Assembly: GCA_035506535.1 (NCBI GenBank)
Contig: DATJPE010000063.1
Span: 227,903-291,902, forward strand
Source of the DNA: Actinomycetes bacterium
Lineage (GTDB): Bacteria > Actinomycetota > Actinomycetes > DATJPE01
Direction: 5' to 3'
Length of the DNA stretch: 64,000 nucleotides
The translations under genes and the position numbers were made by a program. Shown here piece by piece: positions 60,145-64,000 of the stretch (positions are counted from its first letter, which is position 1; every line of letters starts with the position of its first letter). The notes under the pieces were generated by a model that had not been told where the DNA came from, did not search any database, and saw only the letters and a list, made by a program, of their open reading frames with translations.

Positions 60145-60407
60145 GCGCGCTCGACCGGGCCCGGGTCGTCGTCCGCTTCCCGTTCCTCTTCCTCATCCGC
60201 GCCTACCAGTTGCTCATCTCCCCCTGGACCGGCGCGTCCTGCCGGTTCAGCCCCTCGTGCTCGCAGTACGCCTACGAGGCGATCGCCACCCACGGCGTGC
60301 TGCGCGGCGGCCTGCTCGCCGTCCGCCGGCTCGGCCGCTGCCACCCGTGGAACGCCGGCGGCCTCGACCCGGTGCCCCCGCGCCGCACCGCCGCCCGAGG
60401 AGCCTGA
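60141..60407 (+). CDS. yidD: Membrane protein insertion efficiency factor YidD.
   Basis: '[31 protein letters not shown]' is the YidD signature. Overlaps the rnpA stop. Confidence 0.85.
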   Translation: MSALDRARVVVRFPFLFLIRAYQLLISPWTGASCRFSPSCSQYAYEAIATHGVLRGGLLAVRRLGRCHPWNAGGLDPVPPRRTAARGA

Positions 60408-60410
60408 GCC

Positions 60411-61430
60411 GTGCCGCATCTGTTCAACCCGCTCTACAACGCGGTCTCCTGGGTCCTGCTGCGCTTCCACAACCTGCTCAGCCTGGTGTTCCCCTCCGGC
60501 AGCGGCGCCGCGTGGGGCCTGGCCATCGTCGGCCTGGTCGTCTTGATCCGCATCGCGCTGATCCCGCTGTTCGTCAAGCAGATCAAGGCCCAGCGCGGGC
60601 TGCAGGCGCTCCAGCCACAGATGACCGAGCTGCGCAAGAAGTACGGCAACGACCGCCAGAAACTCTCCGAAGAGACGATGAAGCTCTACAAGGAGACCGG
60701 CACGAACCCGCTGTCCTCGTGCCTGCCGGTCTTCGTCCAGATGCCGTTCTTCTTCGCCCTCTTCCATGTGCTCAACTACGTGTCGCACGGCCGCCAGGTA
60801 GGGGTGCTCAGCAAGGCGGACGTCGCCTCCTTCCATCACGCCAAGGTCTTCGGCGCCCCGATCTATGAGACCTTCGTCAAGGCGACCAGCGTGCACACCA
60901 AGGTGGTCGCGATCGCCTTCATCGTGTTGATGTCGGCGTCGCAGTTCATCACCCAGCGCCAGCTCATGGTCAAGAACATGCCGATCGGGCAGGACAACCC
61001 GATGGCTCAGCAGCAGCGCCTGATGCTGTACGGCTACCCGGTGGTCTTCGCCGTCTTCGGCATCAACTTCCCGATCGGGACCTTGATCTACTGGCTCACC
61101 ACCAACGTCTGGACGATGGGTCAGCAGTTCTACGTCATCCGCCGCAACCCCACGCCCGGTTCGGCGGCCTACCTCGAGCTGCAGGCGCGGCGCAAGGCGG
61201 CCCTGCAGCCCGCCGCCGCCCTCACCGAGGCAGCGCCGGCCGACGAGCCCGCGCCGCCGAAGCGCCAGCAACCCAAGCGGCAGACCCGCAGCCAGCGCCG
61301 AGCTCCCGCCAAGGCGGGGCCGAAGGCGGGCGAGCCGGCCTCGTCGGGGCCGGCCGACGTCGCCGGGGACCCTGACGGGGACAGCCCCGAGGGGGAGAGC
61401 CCCGACGGGGAGAGCAAGGAGGCTTCGTGA
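60411..61430 (+). CDS. yidC: Membrane protein insertase YidC (short actinobacterial form) with a basic/Pro-rich tail.
   Basis: 'AWGLAIVGLVVLIRIALIPLFVKQIKAQR', 'PLSSCLPVFVQMPFFFALFHVL', 'YWLTTNVWTMGQQF'. Confidence 0.9.
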   Translation: MPHLFNPLYNAVSWVLLRFHNLLSLVFPSGSGAAWGLAIVGLVVLIRIALIPLFVKQIKAQRGLQALQPQMTELRKKYGNDRQKLSEETMKLYKETGTNPLSSCLPVFVQMPFFFALFHVLNYVSHGRQVGVLSKADVASFHHAKVFGAPIYETFVKATSVHTKVVAIAFIVLMSASQFITQRQLMVKNMPIGQDNPMAQQQRLMLYGYPVVFAVFGINFPIGTLIYWLTTNVWTMGQQFYVIRRNPTPGSAAYLELQARRKAALQPAAALTEAAPADEPAPPKRQQPKRQTRSQRRAPAKAGPKAGEPASSGPADVAGDPDGDSPEGESPDGESKEAS

Positions 61431-62173
61431 GCACGCAGGACCCCGAGGTGGACGCCTCCGTCTACCCCGACGTCGACCCCGACGTCGACCCCGGCGAGAA
61501 CGCTGACCTCGCCGGGGCCGTCGGCGAGCCTGACTCCGTCCTCGAGCCCGAGGCTGTCCTCGAGCCGGAGGCCAGCGTCGCCGGCCACGACACCGGCGAC
61601 GAGCCCGGCGAGCAGGACGACGGCGCGGAGCACGACGACGCGGAGGACGACAGCGAGCAGGACGACAGCGAGCAGGACGACAGTGCAGCCGTGGCGCCGG
61701 CCCGGCGAGCCGGGCTGGCCGCCCAGCTCGAGCGAGAGGGCGATGTCGCCGCCGACTACCTGGAAGGGCTGCTCGACATCGCCGACCTCGACGGCGACAT
61801 CGACATGGACGTCGAGGGCGATCGCGCGCTCGTCTCGATCGTCGGCGGCGACCTGGGCATGTTGGTCGGCCGCGACGGCCAGGTCCTCGATGCGCTGCAG
61901 GAGCTCACCCGGCTGGCGGTCCTTCGGGAGACCGGGGTGCGCAGTCGCCTCATGCTCGACGTGGACGGCTACCGAGCGCGCCGGCGCGAGGAGCTGACCG
62001 ACCGGGGCCGGGCGGCGGCCGAGGAGGCGCGCCGGACGCGCGCGCCGGTGCGGCTGGCCCCCATGTCGGCGTTCGAGCGCAAGGTGGTCCATGACGCGGT
62101 CGCCGCGGCCGGCCTGACGAGTGAGTCCGAGGGCGAGGAGCCGAACCGCTTCGTCGTCGTGCTGCCGGCCTAG
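61427..62173 (+). CDS. Jag/KhpB-like RNA-binding protein (KH + R3H) with an acidic low-complexity N-terminus.
   Basis: C-terminal R3H 'LAPMSAFERKVVHDAVAAAGLTSESEGEEPNRFVVV'. Follows yidC, as is conserved. Confidence 0.8.
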   Translation: MSTQDPEVDASVYPDVDPDVDPGENADLAGAVGEPDSVLEPEAVLEPEASVAGHDTGDEPGEQDDGAEHDDAEDDSEQDDSEQDDSAAVAPARRAGLAAQLEREGDVAADYLEGLLDIADLDGDIDMDVEGDRALVSIVGGDLGMLVGRDGQVLDALQELTRLAVLRETGVRSRLMLDVDGYRARRREELTDRGRAAAEEARRTRAPVRLAPMSAFERKVVHDAVAAAGLTSESEGEEPNRFVVVLPA

Positions 62174-62179
62174 TTCCAC

Positions 62180-62899
62180 GTGGAACAGCCCCAGTCGGCG
62201 CTCGCGGCGCCCGAGGGCGCGCGCGAGCTGTTCGGGACTCGCTGGCCTCTCGCAGCGGCGTACGTGCGTCGCCTGGTCGGGCCCGGGGTCGAGCGGGGCC
62301 TCATCGGACCTCGCGAACGGGACCGGGTGTGGGAACGGCACGTGCTGAACTGCGCGGTGCTGGGCGAGCTGGTCCCGGTCGGCGCCCGCGTGGGGGACGT
62401 GGGCAGCGGGGCCGGCCTGCCGGGCATCGTCCTGGCGATCTTGCGCGAGGATCTGCACGTCGACCTCATCGAACCCATGCAGCGACGGGTGACGTTCCTT
62501 CGGGAGAGCGTCGCCGAGCTCGGCCTGTCCGGTTGCCGGGTCGTGCGGGCACGTGCCGAGCAGTTGGCCGGCCAGGCCTCCTACGACGTCGTCACCGCCC
62601 GTGCGGTGGCCCCGCTGGACCGGTTGCTGGCCGGCACGATGCCGCTGCTCTCCCCCGGTGGGAGCCTGCTCGCCCTCAAGGGGGCGACGGCCGAGCAGGA
62701 ACTGGCCGCCCTCCCCCGTGAGCTGCTCGCCGGCGGCTCCGCCCGGATGGTCGTGCTCAGGTCGGTCACCGGCGAAGCGACCCGAGTCGTCGTCATCACC
62801 GCGGCAGACCCAGCCTCGGCAGTGCCGGCTGGCCCAGCGTCACCAGGCCCAGCGTCGGAACGGGAACCCAGCACGTCGGCTGCGGCGAGGCCTCGATGA
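62180..62899 (+). CDS. rsmG: 16S rRNA (guanine527-N7)-methyltransferase RsmG.
   Basis: 'VGDVGSGAGLPGIVLAIL', 'LIEPMQRRVTFL', 'DVVTARAVAPL' are GidB motifs. Confidence 0.85.
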   Translation: MEQPQSALAAPEGARELFGTRWPLAAAYVRRLVGPGVERGLIGPRERDRVWERHVLNCAVLGELVPVGARVGDVGSGAGLPGIVLAILREDLHVDLIEPMQRRVTFLRESVAELGLSGCRVVRARAEQLAGQASYDVVTARAVAPLDRLLAGTMPLLSPGGSLLALKGATAEQELAALPRELLAGGSARMVVLRSVTGEATRVVVITAADPASAVPAGPASPGPASEREPSTSAAARPR

Positions 62900-63975
62900 G
62901 CGCGGACCAGGGCCTGCCCGGCGCCACGCCCTCGTGCCCGTCGCCCAGCGATGTTTCCCGTGAAACATCAGCTTCGGGCACATCAGCTTCGGGCACATCA
63001 GTTTCGGGCCAGCCTGTCGACGCCGCCTCGCTCCAGGCGGCGTTCGGGGCCGTCGCGGGTGGGGAGGACACCCCCATCGCGGCGGCCGCCGAGACGGCGG
63101 CCCGGCTGCGGACCGGCCTTGTCGGCCTGCTCCCCCGGCCGAGTCGCACCCGTGTCCTCACGGTGGCCAACCAGAAGGGCGGGGTCGGCAAGACGACGAC
63201 GACGGTGAACCTCGCGGCCGCGCTCGCCCTCCACGGACTGCGCACACTGGTCGTCGACCTCGATCCCCAGGGCAACGCCTCGACCGCGCTGGGCATCGCC
63301 CACCACAGCGGAACCCCGTCGGTCTATGAGGTGCTGGTCGACGACGCCGAGCTCAATGGTGTGGTGCGCCCCGTCGAGGGCGTACCCCATCTGTTCGGCG
63401 CGCCCGCGACGATCGACCTCGCGGGCGCGGAGATCGAGCTGGTCTCCCTGGTGGCCCGCGAGACCAGGCTCGCCCGGGCGCTGGGCACCTACCTGGAAGC
63501 CTCGGCCCTGGTCGGGCGGCGCTTCGACTACGTCTTCGTCGACTGTCCGCCCTCCCTCGGGCTGCTGACCGTCAACGCCCTCGTGGCGGCTCGGGAGGTG
63601 CTGATCCCGATCCAGGCGGAGTACTACGCGCTGGAGGGACTCGGCCAGCTGCTGCGCAGCATCGAGCTGGTCCGGGCCCACCTCAACCCCGGGCTGACGG
63701 TGAGCACGATCCTGCTCACCATGTACGACGGCCGGACCAGGCTGGCCGCACAGGTCGCCGAGGAGGTCCGCGGGCACTTTGCTGACCTGGTCCTGCCGAC
63801 CGCGATCCCGCGCTCGGTTCGGGTGTCCGAGGCACCCGGGTACGGCCAGACGGTGATGACCTACGATCCCGGCTCGACGGGCGCGCTGTCCTACCTCGAG
63901 GCGGCCCGTGAGCTCGCGAGGGCCGGGACCGCACCCACCGCGCGCGAGGAGCAGACCCGAGAGGCAGGAGCGTGA
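62896..63975 (+). CDS. parA: Chromosome partitioning ATPase ParA/Soj.
   Basis: Deviant Walker A 'NQKGGVGKTTTTVNLAAALA'. 'LVVDLDPQGNAS'. 'VFVDCPPSLGLLT'. Confidence 0.9.
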   Translation: MSADQGLPGATPSCPSPSDVSRETSASGTSASGTSVSGQPVDAASLQAAFGAVAGGEDTPIAAAAETAARLRTGLVGLLPRPSRTRVLTVANQKGGVGKTTTTVNLAAALALHGLRTLVVDLDPQGNASTALGIAHHSGTPSVYEVLVDDAELNGVVRPVEGVPHLFGAPATIDLAGAEIELVSLVARETRLARALGTYLEASALVGRRFDYVFVDCPPSLGLLTVNALVAAREVLIPIQAEYYALEGLGQLLRSIELVRAHLNPGLTVSTILLTMYDGRTRLAAQVAEEVRGHFADLVLPTAIPRSVRVSEAPGYGQTVMTYDPGSTGALSYLEAARELARAGTAPTAREEQTREAGA

Positions 63976-64000
63976 CCGTACGCAAGGGCGGGCTGGGCCG
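63972..64000 (+). CDS. parB: ParB N-terminus (partial, truncated by the window end).
   Basis: GTG overlapping the parA stop. VTVRKGGLG is the start of the ParB 'KGGLGRGL' motif. Confidence 0.5.

Overview
This window is a high-GC (about 70%+) actinobacterial chromosome segment spanning the replication origin region.

The right third (47.6-64 kb) is the conserved oriC neighbourhood. On the minus strand: DUF3566, gyrA, gyrB, DUF721, recF, dnaN, dnaA; on the plus strand a PaiB-like regulator. After dnaA, on the plus strand: rpmH, rnpA, yidD, yidC, jag/khpB, rsmG, parA and the first codons of parB. DnaA-box clusters are visible upstream of dnaA and in the dnaA-dnaN gap. tRNA-Ile lies just outside the DUF3566/gyrA block.

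The left part (11.7-23.5 kb) carries the conserved actinobacterial cell-division and Ser/Thr-signalling block. In order: tRNA-Leu, fhaA, fhaB, pstP, rodA, pbpA, pknB (plus strand), then pabA/trpG-like, class E sortase, crgA, rhomboid and ppiA.

The 1-11.6 kb region holds:
- a NuoL/MrpA-type membrane transporter whose C-terminal soluble extension may be DabA/DUF2309-like;
- a NarL-type two-component system;
- a cell-envelope glycosylation cluster: GtrB-like GT2, GtrA-like 4-TM protein, NDP-sugar nucleotidyltransferase, 4,6-dehydratase, reductase/epimerase, and a large polytopic GT-C-like membrane protein.

The most unusual part is a roughly 17 kb all-minus-strand block (28.3-45.4 kb) wedged between tRNA-Ala and tRNA-Ile. 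It runs: [small conserved ORF]-pstB-pstC-pstA-pstS, a non-canonical gene order. The PstS here has a C-terminal transmembrane anchor rather than a lipobox. This is followed, with translational coupling, by:
- a 909-aa secreted protein carrying a PstS-like PBP-fold region and a C-terminal TM anchor;
- a sortase-fold protein in which the catalytic His and Cys are both replaced;
- a second PstS-family binding protein;
- a family of paralogous, mosaic secreted proteins.

Two of these secreted paralogs end in a C-terminal domain resembling the WxL cell-wall-binding domain. They lie next to a DUF916-like protein (signal peptide plus C-terminal TM anchor). The arrangement is reminiscent of the Firmicutes Csc/WxL cell-surface complex loci, which to my knowledge have not been described linked to a Pho-type phosphate transporter in Actinobacteria.

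No CRISPR array, integrase or transposase was seen. Because of the GC content, many long ORFs in the six-frame track are antisense or out-of-frame artefacts.

Several coordinates below were derived by hand-counting through the sequence, and a few start positions may be off by a codon.
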